Below are positions 18,888-28,407 of a stretch of 64,000 nt of DNA, piece after piece. The notes beneath the pieces are model-generated. The model had not been told where the DNA came from and searched no databases. It saw only the letters and a program-made list of their open reading frames with translations. Source of the stretch: Aquificaceae bacterium (lineage in GTDB: Bacteria; Aquificota; Aquificia; Aquificales; Aquificaceae); contig JANXBA010000022.1 in the NCBI GenBank assembly GCA_025062075.1, positions 1,125-65,124 of the forward strand, read 5' to 3'. A program made the position numbers and the translations under genes. Within the stretch, counting starts at the first letter, position 1, and every line of letters begins with the position of its first letter.

Positions 18888-20915
18888 TTAAAACTGGTAA
18901 GTGGCGCTCAGGTAGAAACTCCTGCCGGGCTCTGGCACGCGAGCACCCCTGAAGGGATGGCGGATGTAAGAGAAGTGTTCAAAGTATTGCTTGTCCAAGA
19001 GGTTCTCCACGCCGGCGTTCAGAGTAAGGTTTTTGTGGTTTATGCCCGCTTTCAGGTTCACCGTTCCCCAGCCCGAGGTCCTCTGCTCGCCCAGGTCGGA
19101 GTCCACTCTGCTCTGGGTGGCAGTGGCCACAGTTTCAACCTCCAAAAACCAGAGACCTGTGTCGTATCTCAGACCCAGCCTACCCTTGAGAGGTGGGACT
19201 TCCGCCACGTCCCTGTCGTTGATGTTTATGGCAGGTTTTTTACTCTTGGTCCCCTCCGTGTAGCTCAGACCACTTAGCAAAAAGAAGTTATCCGCCACGT
19301 TGTAGGTGGAGCTGAGCTCCAGACCAAAGAAGCGAGCGTTGGTGTTGGCGTAAGTGGTAGCGTTTGCTCTGCGGTTGACCGTTATGTAGTCTTGCACTAA
19401 GCTATAGAAGACCGTGGCCTTGCTTAGCGACCTCTTGGTCTGATGCTTTAGACCTACGTCCAGCTCCGTGTTGCGGGAAGGTTTCAGGTTCGGGTTTCCT
19501 ACCCAGGGTTGTGGACCTCCCGGTAGGAAGGTATACCTCTCCTGAGGGTCTGGCACTCTCACCGCATGACCTATGCCTGTAAAGAGCTCCAGCTCCGGCG
19601 TCAGGCTGTAATAGACCTGCAGGTTTCCAGAGGGGTAAGTGTCCTTCTTTGAGGTGCTTCTCGTGCCGTGGATTGAGTTGTAGAGGTTAGTGTTGAACTG
19701 AGGCGAGGCACTCCCGTCTTGGGCGCCAACCTTGCTCTCGGTGGTGTCCAGTCTGAGCCCAGCCACCAGACGGTAGTTGGGGCTTAGCTGTCTTTTGTAC
19801 TCTGCGTACACGCCCAGGTTGGTTATGTCCACGTCTGGCACCATGTGGACGGGTAGGTAGGGGTTGCCCGGAAGGTAGCCTGCCCTGTAGTTTATCGCAT
19901 CCCAGTTTCTCCTGTAGAAGTCCGCCCCTACGGTGAGGTCTCCCACCTTGCCTTCCACCCGAGCACCGTAGGTCTTGGTCTCTGCGTATGTTCTCATGGA
20001 GAAGGGTCTGGGCATGTTGGTGGAAGAGACCCGGTACTGGTCCGTCATGTCGTGCTTAACCTGCGTAAAGTAAAACTGAAGCCTGAGCCTGTCCTTTATG
20101 CTGTAGGTGAGGTTTAGTCTGTCCGTGTCGTCAAATATGGCGTCCATTCTCAGCGCAGGGTAGAGCACGTGGTCCGCTTCCTGACGAGTGTAGGACAGCT
20201 CAAACTCGTGGTCCTTGTAGGGGAAAAGGCCAAACTTGGCCCAGTAGGTGTTTATGTCAAAGGCCTTAGGGTCGAGCTTGTTGGCTCTGTAAGCCGAGTT
20301 GGGTGGCGTAGGGTGTAGGGCTGCGTATTCGGTCACTCTCCTGCCCTTTCCGTCCTTGTAGGGCTTTGAATACCTGTGAGAGTATCCTACTAGTCCGTAG
20401 AAGCTCTGGTCTCTGTAGGAGATGACGGGAGAAAAGTTTCTGTAGCTGAAAGAGCCCAAAGCAGCGTTCAGCGTCAGCCTGTAGCCTGCCTGCGGCTTTT
20501 TAGTCAGGATGTTTACCAGTCCACCCAGCGACCCTTGATGTCTGACGTCAAAGGGTCCCTTTATGACTTCAATTCTTTCTACTTCTGAAAAGTCCACGTG
20601 GAAAGCGGGCGGGTCCATCCTGTTGGGGCAAGCTCCGTGCACCTCCGTGCCGTCAATGAGGACGTTGATGTTGTCCCGTTGGAAGGCCCTTATGGTGATG
20701 TCGTTGGCTATACCGCCCTTCCTTACCTTGTGAATTCCATCTAACTTCTGCAAGGCCTCACCCACATCCTTCGCAAAGGATTCTCTGACCTCTCTGACCT
20801 CCAAACTCTCTTTGAAGACCTCTCTCTTTGCCCTGATTTGCACCTCTTTGAGTAGCAACTCCTGAGAGAAGGCAGGAAGACCAAGCAAGGCAGTCATCAA
20901 CACCAGCTTTCTCAT
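18888..20915 (-). CDS. TonB-dependent receptor, OprC/NosA-like copper receptor
   Basis: Signal peptide; plug motif GACPNRMDPP (OprC-type CxxxM); C-terminal aromatic YQF; SD GGAGG. Confidence 0.85.
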   Translation of the reverse strand: MRKLVLMTALLGLPAFSQELLLKEVQIRAKREVFKESLEVREVRESFAKDVGEALQKLDGIHKVRKGGIANDITIRAFQRDNINVLIDGTEVHGACPNRMDPPAFHVDFSEVERIEVIKGPFDVRHQGSLGGLVNILTKKPQAGYRLTLNAALGSFSYRNFSPVISYRDQSFYGLVGYSHRYSKPYKDGKGRRVTEYAALHPTPPNSAYRANKLDPKAFDINTYWAKFGLFPYKDHEFELSYTRQEADHVLYPALRMDAIFDDTDRLNLTYSIKDRLRLQFYFTQVKHDMTDQYRVSSTNMPRPFSMRTYAETKTYGARVEGKVGDLTVGADFYRRNWDAINYRAGYLPGNPYLPVHMVPDVDITNLGVYAEYKRQLSPNYRLVAGLRLDTTESKVGAQDGSASPQFNTNLYNSIHGTRSTSKKDTYPSGNLQVYYSLTPELELFTGIGHAVRVPDPQERYTFLPGGPQPWVGNPNLKPSRNTELDVGLKHQTKRSLSKATVFYSLVQDYITVNRRANATTYANTNARFFGLELSSTYNVADNFFLLSGLSYTEGTKSKKPAININDRDVAEVPPLKGRLGLRYDTGLWFLEVETVATATQSRVDSDLGEQRTSGWGTVNLKAGINHKNLTLNAGVENLLDKQYFEHFSYIRHPFRGARVPEPGRSFYLSATYQF

Positions 20916-20940
20916 CCGTTTACCTCCGTAGTACTGTTAG

Positions 20941-20957
20941 ATTAACGGTTAATTATA
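20941..20957 (-). promoter_or_regulatory. extended -10 promoter overlapped by palindrome (candidate operator)
   Basis: TGT-TATAAT on minus strand (20952-20957); palindrome ATTAAC-G-GTTAAT at 20941-20953. Confidence 0.55.
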
Positions 20958-20993
20958 ACAAACTTTATCCGGAGTTTAAAGCCCAGTAGCTGT

Positions 20994-21620
20994 CTAAACC
21001 CTCAGAGGTAGGTCGCCCAGCCTCCTGTAGGGGCCTTCCCTCAAGAGCTTGAGGAGTAGGAGTGCGGTCATGTAGGCGTCCTCCAAAGCGTTGTGAAAGG
21101 TGGAAAGGGGTAATCTGTGGCTTTTTAGGAGCTCCTCCAGAGTAGGAATTCTTTCCCTCCTTTCCACCATGTCCAACAGGTCAAGGGTGTAGGGGTAGAA
21201 GGGGGCTCCGCATTCCTCTTTCACGAGCCTTCTTACCATGCTCATATCTATGCGGAGGAAGTATCCTGACAGGATACAGCCCCGTGCGTAGTCAAGGAAG
21301 GCTTTACAGGCTTCCTTTTTGCTTTTTGCCCCTTCCAGCTCCCGGGGCGTGATGCCGTGAATTTTAACAGAGTCCCTCACGGGCTTGTCCGGTCTGACCA
21401 GCACGTAAAAGCTGGTGGAGAGGTCAATTCTAAGCTCCTGAATTTTTACCGCCCCTATGCTCAGGACTTCGTCACTGCTCAGGTCAAGCCCCGTCGTCTC
21501 CGTATCAAAAACCACGAAGCAGGCCCGGTCAACGAACTGTTTTTTTTCTACCTCCCAGTTGTGCTCCCCCCAGGCGGTGGGGTTTAGCTTTTTTGACAGC
21601 CACCTTCGCAGGCTCGTCAT
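20994..21620 (-). CDS. DEDDh 3'-5' exonuclease (DnaQ-like)
   Basis: FDTETTGLD (ExoI), SIGAV.I, HGIT, HNALEDAYMTA (ExoIII). Confidence 0.9.
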   Translation of the reverse strand: MTSLRRWLSKKLNPTAWGEHNWEVEKKQFVDRACFVVFDTETTGLDLSSDEVLSIGAVKIQELRIDLSTSFYVLVRPDKPVRDSVKIHGITPRELEGAKSKKEACKAFLDYARGCILSGYFLRIDMSMVRRLVKEECGAPFYPYTLDLLDMVERRERIPTLEELLKSHRLPLSTFHNALEDAYMTALLLLKLLREGPYRRLGDLPLRV

Positions 21621-23458
21621 TCAAAGAACCTCAGGTTGTACCTCTGGTAGAGAAATTCCTGAAACTCCTTTATGACCCTGAAAACGTCCTTTAGGGTGCT
21701 CTTCTCCGCTCTGGAGAGTAGGGTGGGGTTTATGTAGTTGTCTGGCTCTTTCCCCTCCTTTATCTTCTGGGCCTGCCACCTGAAGCGCAAACCCAGGAGA
21801 AAACGGTAAGACTCCTTCAGGTCTTTGGCATACTCTTCGGAGAAGACTCCCCTCTTTTTGAGCTCTTCTATTCTTTCAAAAGTGTTCTGCTGGCTTATGC
21901 CCTTTTCAAGGGCAAGGGTGCGCACGCCCTGCACAATGGGGAATATGCCACCTTTCTTTATGTCTATCTCTCCCTTGTGCTCTCCGGTCTTTTCCACGAC
22001 GAAGTCTCTGAAAAAGCCTATGGGCGGTCTGAAACGCACTGCCTCCGTAGCCAGAAAAGGCAAGAAGCCTGGGTTTTTTCTCACCTTTTCCAGTATGAAG
22101 CTCCACAGCCCCTCTGTTAGGGTCTGGTCTCCGAAGACATTTCTAAAGTCGAAGAAAATGGACACATTTAGCAGGTGCTCGGGTTTGGGTCTTTCTACCC
22201 AGTCCTCCACCGCCCTGCACCACTCCGCCATGGACCTTCTCCAGAAGGGGTTGGAGACCATCACCTTACCGGGGCAGGGTGGAAACCCTATCTCCGTCAG
22301 GGTCTGTATGTAAACCTGGGAGAACCTCTCAAAGTACTCCTTTGGCTCAAAATCCAAGAGGGGATACTCTTGGTAGAGTAGGGCGTTGTCTTGGTCAGTC
22401 TTGAGGCTCTGCTCTCGCCTCCCTTCGCTCCCAAGCACCATGAGGCTGAAGGGGACCAAGGGCTCCTCGCCTAACCTGTTTATAGCTACGTAGACCGCCC
22501 TTTTCATGAGGCGGTCGTTGAGCTCTGAAAGTTGCTCTCCGAGCCTTTCTGGGTCTGTGCCCTGAAAGACCAGCTCCAACACCTGCTCTCTTACCAACTG
22601 GTAAAGGTAGCGGAGCTCCGCCACACTCTTGGCCTTGTCTATTTCCTTCACCAGAAGAACCGCGTTCTTGCTCTCGTAGGCTATGAGGTCTCTGTCCTCC
22701 AACACGCCCACGGGCTTTCCCTCTTTGGTGACCAACAGCCTTCTTATGCCGTGCCGTGCCATGAGTACCATGGCGTCGTAGAGAGTCCTCTTGCTCTCTA
22801 CGGAAACCACGGGAAAGGTGGCCACCTGAGAGAGTTCTACCTCCTTGGGGTTGAGACCTTTGGCAAGCACCCTGCGTAGCACATCCCGCTCTGTGAGTAT
22901 GCCCAGACCTTCCTTGAGCTTGACCAAAACAAAAGTGCTGTCCCTGGAGACCATCTCCTTGATGGCCTCCTCAACGCTACTGCGCTCTTCTAACAGGAGC
23001 AAGGGCCTTAGGTTGAGGTTTTCTACGAACACCTCTCGAGGTCTTTCTGTGGCGTCTCTGCCTTTCCGCACTCTTTTGGCCACCTTCAGAGCAAAGTACT
23101 CTCCAAAGGGCTGACTCTTCTCAAGAAGCTGGCTGAAGAGCTCTTTGCTAAGGAGAAAAAGAACACTGTCTTCCACAGCCCTAGCGCTGGTGGTAGGCGG
23201 GTTAGAGCTCATCAAAGAAGCGTGTCCAAAGCTCTCCCCCTCGTGCAGGTATTCCACCGGCTCGCCTTCTTTCTCTAAGAGCACTCCGCCGCTTCTTAGG
23301 ATGTAGAGAAACTCTAAAGGTTTAGAACCCTCTTTAAAGATGACCTCTCCTTTTTTGTAGTACTCGACGAGGAGGTGGTGGACCACTTCTTGGAGGTCCC
23401 TCTCGCTGAGCTGGTCAAAGGGTTCTACCTCCGAGAGAAACCTCTCCGCATCCAACAT
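21617..23458 (-). CDS. cNMP-binding + CBS-pair + DUF294 putative nucleotidyltransferase
   Basis: True start MLDAERF at 23458; cNMP domain (GESFG), CBS pair (GILTERD), GSEGRREQ..KTDQDNAL NTase motif, DLKKGG-like DIKKGG. Confidence 0.9.
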   Translation of the reverse strand: MLDAERFLSEVEPFDQLSERDLQEVVHHLLVEYYKKGEVIFKEGSKPLEFLYILRSGGVLLEKEGEPVEYLHEGESFGHASLMSSNPPTTSARAVEDSVLFLLSKELFSQLLEKSQPFGEYFALKVAKRVRKGRDATERPREVFVENLNLRPLLLLEERSSVEEAIKEMVSRDSTFVLVKLKEGLGILTERDVLRRVLAKGLNPKEVELSQVATFPVVSVESKRTLYDAMVLMARHGIRRLLVTKEGKPVGVLEDRDLIAYESKNAVLLVKEIDKAKSVAELRYLYQLVREQVLELVFQGTDPERLGEQLSELNDRLMKRAVYVAINRLGEEPLVPFSLMVLGSEGRREQSLKTDQDNALLYQEYPLLDFEPKEYFERFSQVYIQTLTEIGFPPCPGKVMVSNPFWRRSMAEWCRAVEDWVERPKPEHLLNVSIFFDFRNVFGDQTLTEGLWSFILEKVRKNPGFLPFLATEAVRFRPPIGFFRDFVVEKTGEHKGEIDIKKGGIFPIVQGVRTLALEKGISQQNTFERIEELKKRGVFSEEYAKDLKESYRFLLGLRFRWQAQKIKEGKEPDNYINPTLLSRAEKSTLKDVFRVIKEFQEFLYQRYNLRFFE

Positions 23459-23685
23459 CACAAGAGCTTTACGACCGCATACCTGAGAAGAAGCAGTGTG
23501 AGCACTATGGCCGGCGTGTGACAACAGGGAAGAAAGCTCCTGTAGAGCCTGTAGGCAGGTTCTGTGGGCACGTACAGGGTGTTGTAGAAAAAGTTCCCTC
23601 TGTCGGTGGTAAAGAGGGAAAGGGTGGCCCGCCCGAGGACGAGCCACATGTAGAAGGCAAGGGTGTAGTTAAGAACAGTCTCCAT
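23458..23685 (-). CDS. small membrane protein, YggT-like (75 aa)
   Basis: METVLNYTLAFYMWLVLGRA...TEPAYRL...; start and stop coupled to both neighbours (overlap at 23685 and 23458). Confidence 0.7.
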   Translation of the reverse strand: METVLNYTLAFYMWLVLGRATLSLFTTDRGNFFYNTLYVPTEPAYRLYRSFLPCCHTPAIVLTLLLLRYAVVKLL

Positions 23686-25685
23686 CACTCCTGCGCACCT
23701 GCCCTTACCGCACCCTTGGGGTAGCGTATGCTGTCCACGAAAGCCTGTAGCTTCTCCGGAGGTGGGGGAGTGAGCCTGGAGACCAAGAGAGCCACCAAAA
23801 AGTTCATGGGCATGCCGAAGATGCCCGAGGCTATGGGCTTTATGCCGAAGAGCTCTATACCCTTGAACCTGCTCAGGTAGAGGTAGACGATGGTCACGGT
23901 AAGGCCTACCACCATACCCGCTATGGCCCCGTGTTTGTTCATCCTCTTGTCCCATATGCCGAGCACCAAGGCAGGGAAGAGAGAGGCCGCCGCCAGTGAG
24001 AAGGCCCAGGCCACCAGCTCCACTATGATGGCGAGCTTGAACTTGGCCACGTAGGCGCCGAGCACTGCCACCACCAGCAGGAGAGCTTTACCTATCTTGA
24101 CCCGAGCGGAGGGCGAAAGGTTGGGGTTAATCATCTTGTAGTAAAGGTCGTGGGATATGGCGTTGGAGATGGTTATCAGTAGCCCGTCTGCGGTGGAAAG
24201 GGCTGCCGCAAGACCACCTGCCGCCACAAAACCCGCTATCACGTAGGGCAGGCCCGCTATCTCAGGAGTTGCCAGCACCACCATGTCTGGGTGTATGGAT
24301 ATCTCCGCAAACTGCACTATGCCGTCGCCGTTTAGGTCTTTCACCGTTATGAGGTTCACCTTTGCCCACTTTTGGACCCACTCGGGCATCTCGCTAAAAG
24401 CTTTGCCCACCAGGTTGAGCATCTCGTACCTTCCAAAGGCTGCGTATGCAGGGGCGGTAAGATACAGAAGCATTATGAAAAACAGAGCCCAGCCCGCGGA
24501 GGTTCTGGCTTCTCTGACGGTGGGCGTGGTGTAAAAGCGCATGATAACATGGGGAAGCCCCGCAGTGCCCAACATGAGCATGAGCATGAGAGCCAGAAAG
24601 TTAACCATGCCTTTGGCGTCCGCAGGTGGTGCAGTGTAAGACCTGGGCGGTTTGGAGGCGTCTTGGGCCCTCTTCATGGCTTCGGTCCACTTGGCCTTTG
24701 CCTCCTCTGGAGACTTGGGGTAGTCTTTTAGCTGTTTCTCTACTTCCGCCCTCTTTGGGTCGTTTGCAGGCAGGGCCTTTAGCTTGTTCTCAAGCTCCTT
24801 CTTGCCCTGCTCCCAGCTCTGGGGCAGGTTGGCGATTTTTGCCTTTAGCTCCTCGGCGCGCTTTTTGTGTATTTCCCTTACCTCTTTTTCCTTGGGGTCG
24901 TCCTTTAGCTGTGCCAACTTTTGCTCCACGCCCTGCAGGGCAAAGCCGTAGGAGATTTGGGACACAGGGTTGCCCGTGTACTTATAAGAGAGCACCGTCA
25001 CCGGTATGAGGTAGGCAATAATGAGCACTATGTACTGGGCCACTTGGGTCCAGGTTACCGCCTTCATACCACCCAAGAAGGAGCAGACCAGTATGCCCGC
25101 AAGACCCACAAAGACTCCCACCTCGTAGGGCAGTCCCAGTAGTCTGCTGGCGATGATGCCCACGCCCGTTATCTGGGCCACCAAGTAGGTAAAGGAGACG
25201 ATAAGAGTAGCCACTATGCCCACGAACCTGGGGAGCTTTCCGCCGTACCTTGCGTCCAAAAAGTCGGGTATGGTGTAGGCACCGAACTTTCTCAGGTAAG
25301 GGGCTATGAGCACACCGAGTAGCACGTAACCTCCCGTCCAGCCCATGATGAAGGCAAGGCCGTTGTAGCCCTGCAGGGCAAGAACGCCCGCCATACCTAT
25401 GAAAGAGGCGGCGGACATCCAGTCTGCGGCGGTTGCCATACCGTTGAAGACGGAGGGGACTCTTCTGCCTGCCACGTAGTACTCCGCCACCTGACCGGTT
25501 CTGGATATGATGCCTATGGCTGCGTAAACCGCGATGGTGCCAAAGAGAAACACGTAGCCTATGAAGCTGGGAGACAGCCCTAAGACCTTCTCGCCCAAGT
25601 ATAGGAGTACAAGAATGGCGATGAGACCGCCTGTGTAAATAGAGTAGACCTTCTTCAGCCTGTCCACAAAGTCCCTGTCCACCAT
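23685..25685 (-). CDS. sodium:solute symporter, ActP-like (VC_2705 subfamily)
   Basis: YYVAGR, NGMATAADWMSAASF, GTAGLPHV.MRFYT, AAALSTA.GLL; large soluble insertion. Confidence 0.92.
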   Translation of the reverse strand: MVDRDFVDRLKKVYSIYTGGLIAILVLLYLGEKVLGLSPSFIGYVFLFGTIAVYAAIGIISRTGQVAEYYVAGRRVPSVFNGMATAADWMSAASFIGMAGVLALQGYNGLAFIMGWTGGYVLLGVLIAPYLRKFGAYTIPDFLDARYGGKLPRFVGIVATLIVSFTYLVAQITGVGIIASRLLGLPYEVGVFVGLAGILVCSFLGGMKAVTWTQVAQYIVLIIAYLIPVTVLSYKYTGNPVSQISYGFALQGVEQKLAQLKDDPKEKEVREIHKKRAEELKAKIANLPQSWEQGKKELENKLKALPANDPKRAEVEKQLKDYPKSPEEAKAKWTEAMKRAQDASKPPRSYTAPPADAKGMVNFLALMLMLMLGTAGLPHVIMRFYTTPTVREARTSAGWALFFIMLLYLTAPAYAAFGRYEMLNLVGKAFSEMPEWVQKWAKVNLITVKDLNGDGIVQFAEISIHPDMVVLATPEIAGLPYVIAGFVAAGGLAAALSTADGLLITISNAISHDLYYKMINPNLSPSARVKIGKALLLVVAVLGAYVAKFKLAIIVELVAWAFSLAAASLFPALVLGIWDKRMNKHGAIAGMVVGLTVTIVYLYLSRFKGIELFGIKPIASGIFGMPMNFLVALLVSRLTPPPPEKLQAFVDSIRYPKGAVRAGAQE

Positions 25686-25686
25686 C

Positions 25687-25944
25687 TCAGTCCTCCTCTA
25701 CTCTGTACTTTCTGTCCGTCTCGTCCATCCTCTTTGCGTAGAACACGATAAGTAGCAAGAAGACCAAAAGAGCTCCCTGTGCACCCATGTAGTAGCCCAG
25801 CGGGAAGCCTAGCAACACTATCCTGTTGAGCCATCCAGATATGAGCGCAGCTCCGTAGGAGACAAGAGCCCACACGACTAGCACAATCCACATAAGTTTT
25901 CTGTTCTCCCGCCAGTAGCCTTCCAGTTCCTCCTTTGACAGCAT
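25687..25944 (-). CDS. DUF4212 small subunit of solute:sodium symporter
   Basis: YW..N..L....L.VW, GFPLGYYM.AQG, M...D..Y.V.E; SD GGAGG. Confidence 0.88.
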   Translation of the reverse strand: MLSKEELEGYWRENRKLMWIVLVVWALVSYGAALISGWLNRIVLLGFPLGYYMGAQGALLVFLLLIVFYAKRMDETDRKYRVEED

Positions 25945-26114
25945 GTTTTACCTCCTGGAGTTTTTTCTATTTTTTTAGAACTTTTCGTCTTCATGTCAAC
26001 GATATGAGATTTTCAGAATGTCAGCATATAATTAAAAAATATCTCATAACAAACCAAAGTCTCTACGCATAACTTATACTATACTTAAACTAAAACCAAG
26101 AAAGGAGGCCAAAC

Positions 26115-28007
26115 ATGGAACCGAGGGAAGAGGTCCATCTAAAGGTGGAAGAGAAGTACCAACCGCCTGCCCACATCGTGGAAAGCTCTTGGATAAAGGA
26201 CTACGAAAGTCTATACCGGGAATCTCTCAAAGACAGGGAGGCCTTCTGGGCAAAGGTGGCGGAAGAGCTCCACTGGTTTAAAAGGTGGGACAAGGTCTTA
26301 GAGTGGAACTATCCCTACGCCAAGTGGTTCATCAACGCCAAAACCAACATTACATACAACTGCCTGGACAGGCATGTGCAGGCAGGAAAACGCAACAAGG
26401 TGGCCTACATATTCGTAGACGAGGACAACAGGGAGAGAAAGGTCACCTACGGTGAGCTCTTAGAGCTGGTAAACCGCATCGCCAACGGTCTTAAGTCCTT
26501 GGGCGTAGAGAAAGGGGACAGGGTTTCCATATACATGCCTAACACTGTAGAAGCAATCGCCTGCATGTTAGCCTGCGCCAGGATAGGGGCGATTCACAGC
26601 GTGGTCTTTGCAGGCTTTAGCGAGGGGGCCCTAAGGCTAAGGATAGAGGACGCCAAGGCCAAGGTGCTCCTTACCTCCACCTACACCAAGAGAAGGGGTA
26701 AGAAGATAGACCTGCTGACCACTGCCCAGAGGGCGGTGGAAGGGCTCAGCTTCGTGGAGAAGGTGGTGGTCTGGGACAGGGACGGGGACGTACTGAAGGG
26801 CTCTGAAGGGTTCTTGGTGAACTTTGAGGAGCTCCTCAGAGGGAGCTCGCCCGAGTGTGAGCCCACGCCCATGGACGCGGAAGACCCGCTTTTTATCCTC
26901 TACACCTCTGGCACGACGGGCAAGCCCAAGGGTGTGCTCCACACCACCGGCGGCTACATAGTGGGCACCTACTTTACCACTAAGATAACCTTTGACCTGC
27001 ACGAGGAGGACATCTACTGGTGCACCGCGGACATAGGGTGGATAACGGGACACAGCTACATAGTCTACGGACCGCTTGCCTGCGGTGCCACTTCCGTGAT
27101 AACCGAGGGCGCACCAGATTATCCTGACCCGGGAAGGTGGTGGAGCTACGTAGAGCGCTACAGAGTAAATGTCTTCTACACCGCTCCTACCGCGGTGAGG
27201 ATGTTTATGAGACACGGGGAGCAGTGGCCCGCCAAGTACGACCTTTCCTCCCTGAGAATCTTGGGCTCGGTGGGTGAACCCATAAACCCCGAAGCCTGGC
27301 ACTGGTACTACAAGCACATAGGAAGGGAAAAGTGCGTCATCGTGGACACGTGGTGGCAAACAGAAACTGGCATGCACATGATAACCACCATACCCTCTTA
27401 TCCTGCCAAGCCCGGCAAGGCAGGAAAGCCTTACTTCGGCATAGAGGTGGCGGTGGTGGACAACTCCGGAAAGGAGCTCCCGCCGAACACGGTAGGAAAC
27501 CTGGTGGTAAAAACGCCCTGGCCCTCCATGCTGAGAACCTGCTGGGGCGAGCCGGAGAGGTACGAAAAGTACTGGAACACCATACCTGGATACTACCTGA
27601 CCGGTGACCTGGCCACCTACGACGAGGAGGGGTACGTGATGATTCTCGGCCGTGCGGACGATGTGCTGAACGTGGCAGGACATCGCATAGGCACCATGGA
27701 GGTGGAGAGCGCACTGGTGGACCACCCTGCGGTGGCCGAAGCTGCGGTCATAGGCAAGCCTCACGAGATAAAGGGCGAGTCCATAAAGGCCTTCGTGATC
27801 CTAAAAAAGGGCGTAGAGCCCTCGGACAACCTCAAGGAGGAGATAAAAGAGCACGTGAGACGCATGCTGGGTGCCATAGCGGTGCCCGAGGAGGTAGAGT
27901 TTGTGGAAAAACTGCCCAAGACCAGAAGCGGTAAGATAATGAGAAGGGTGCTAAAGGCTCAGGAGCTGGGACTGCCGGTAGGCGATGTCTCAACCCTCGA
28001 AGACTGA
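26115..28007 (+). CDS. acs: acetyl-CoA synthetase (acetate--CoA ligase)
   Basis: YTSGTTGKPKGV, WCTADIGWITGH, DTWWQTETG, PKTRSGKIMRR (acetylatable Lys). Confidence 0.97.
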   Translation: MEPREEVHLKVEEKYQPPAHIVESSWIKDYESLYRESLKDREAFWAKVAEELHWFKRWDKVLEWNYPYAKWFINAKTNITYNCLDRHVQAGKRNKVAYIFVDEDNRERKVTYGELLELVNRIANGLKSLGVEKGDRVSIYMPNTVEAIACMLACARIGAIHSVVFAGFSEGALRLRIEDAKAKVLLTSTYTKRRGKKIDLLTTAQRAVEGLSFVEKVVVWDRDGDVLKGSEGFLVNFEELLRGSSPECEPTPMDAEDPLFILYTSGTTGKPKGVLHTTGGYIVGTYFTTKITFDLHEEDIYWCTADIGWITGHSYIVYGPLACGATSVITEGAPDYPDPGRWWSYVERYRVNVFYTAPTAVRMFMRHGEQWPAKYDLSSLRILGSVGEPINPEAWHWYYKHIGREKCVIVDTWWQTETGMHMITTIPSYPAKPGKAGKPYFGIEVAVVDNSGKELPPNTVGNLVVKTPWPSMLRTCWGEPERYEKYWNTIPGYYLTGDLATYDEEGYVMILGRADDVLNVAGHRIGTMEVESALVDHPAVAEAAVIGKPHEIKGESIKAFVILKKGVEPSDNLKEEIKEHVRRMLGAIAVPEEVEFVEKLPKTRSGKIMRRVLKAQELGLPVGDVSTLED

Positions 28008-28014
28008 ACCTGCT

Positions 28015-28034
28015 GGGGTCCGCCCGGCCCCTTT
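28015..28034 (+). terminator. probable intrinsic terminator of acs
   Basis: GGGGTC-CGCCC-GGCCCC followed by TTT, 8 nt after stop. Confidence 0.45.
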
Positions 28035-28337
28035 ACAGAACACCTACCGTTGTAGACTGCCCCTTTCTCAACTTGAAGGGCCTCCCCCGTGATGTCGCCT
28101 TCCACCCGAAAGCTCCACCTCTCTTGCCACTATGCTCCCCTTGATGAGCCCATATACCGCAAGGCGCTCCACGCTGGCTTTGCCCGTCACGTCGCCCCTC
28201 ACCGAGCCGTCAAGCCTTACCAAGCCACCGCTTAGCTTTAGGTTGCCCTCAAACTTGCTACCCTCGCCCAGAATCGCCTGGAGCTCTCCACTGGCGTCCG
28301 CTCCTTCCTGCTTTGAAAAAGGAAAATAGCCTGTCAA
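28025..28337 (-). pseudogene. frameshifted bactofilin (polymer-forming cytoskeletal protein)
   Basis: ILGEGSKFEGNL...LDGSVRGDV...V.G.IKGSIVAREVEL, then a second frame continues RVEGDITGEALQVEKGAVYNGRCSVKG. Confidence 0.8.
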
Positions 28338-28407
28338 GTGTGGGATACGTGTTCAAGGTTAGTTAGTAGCTAAGCGTTGGCATACCAAAAAATCAAGCTA
28401 ACTGCGA

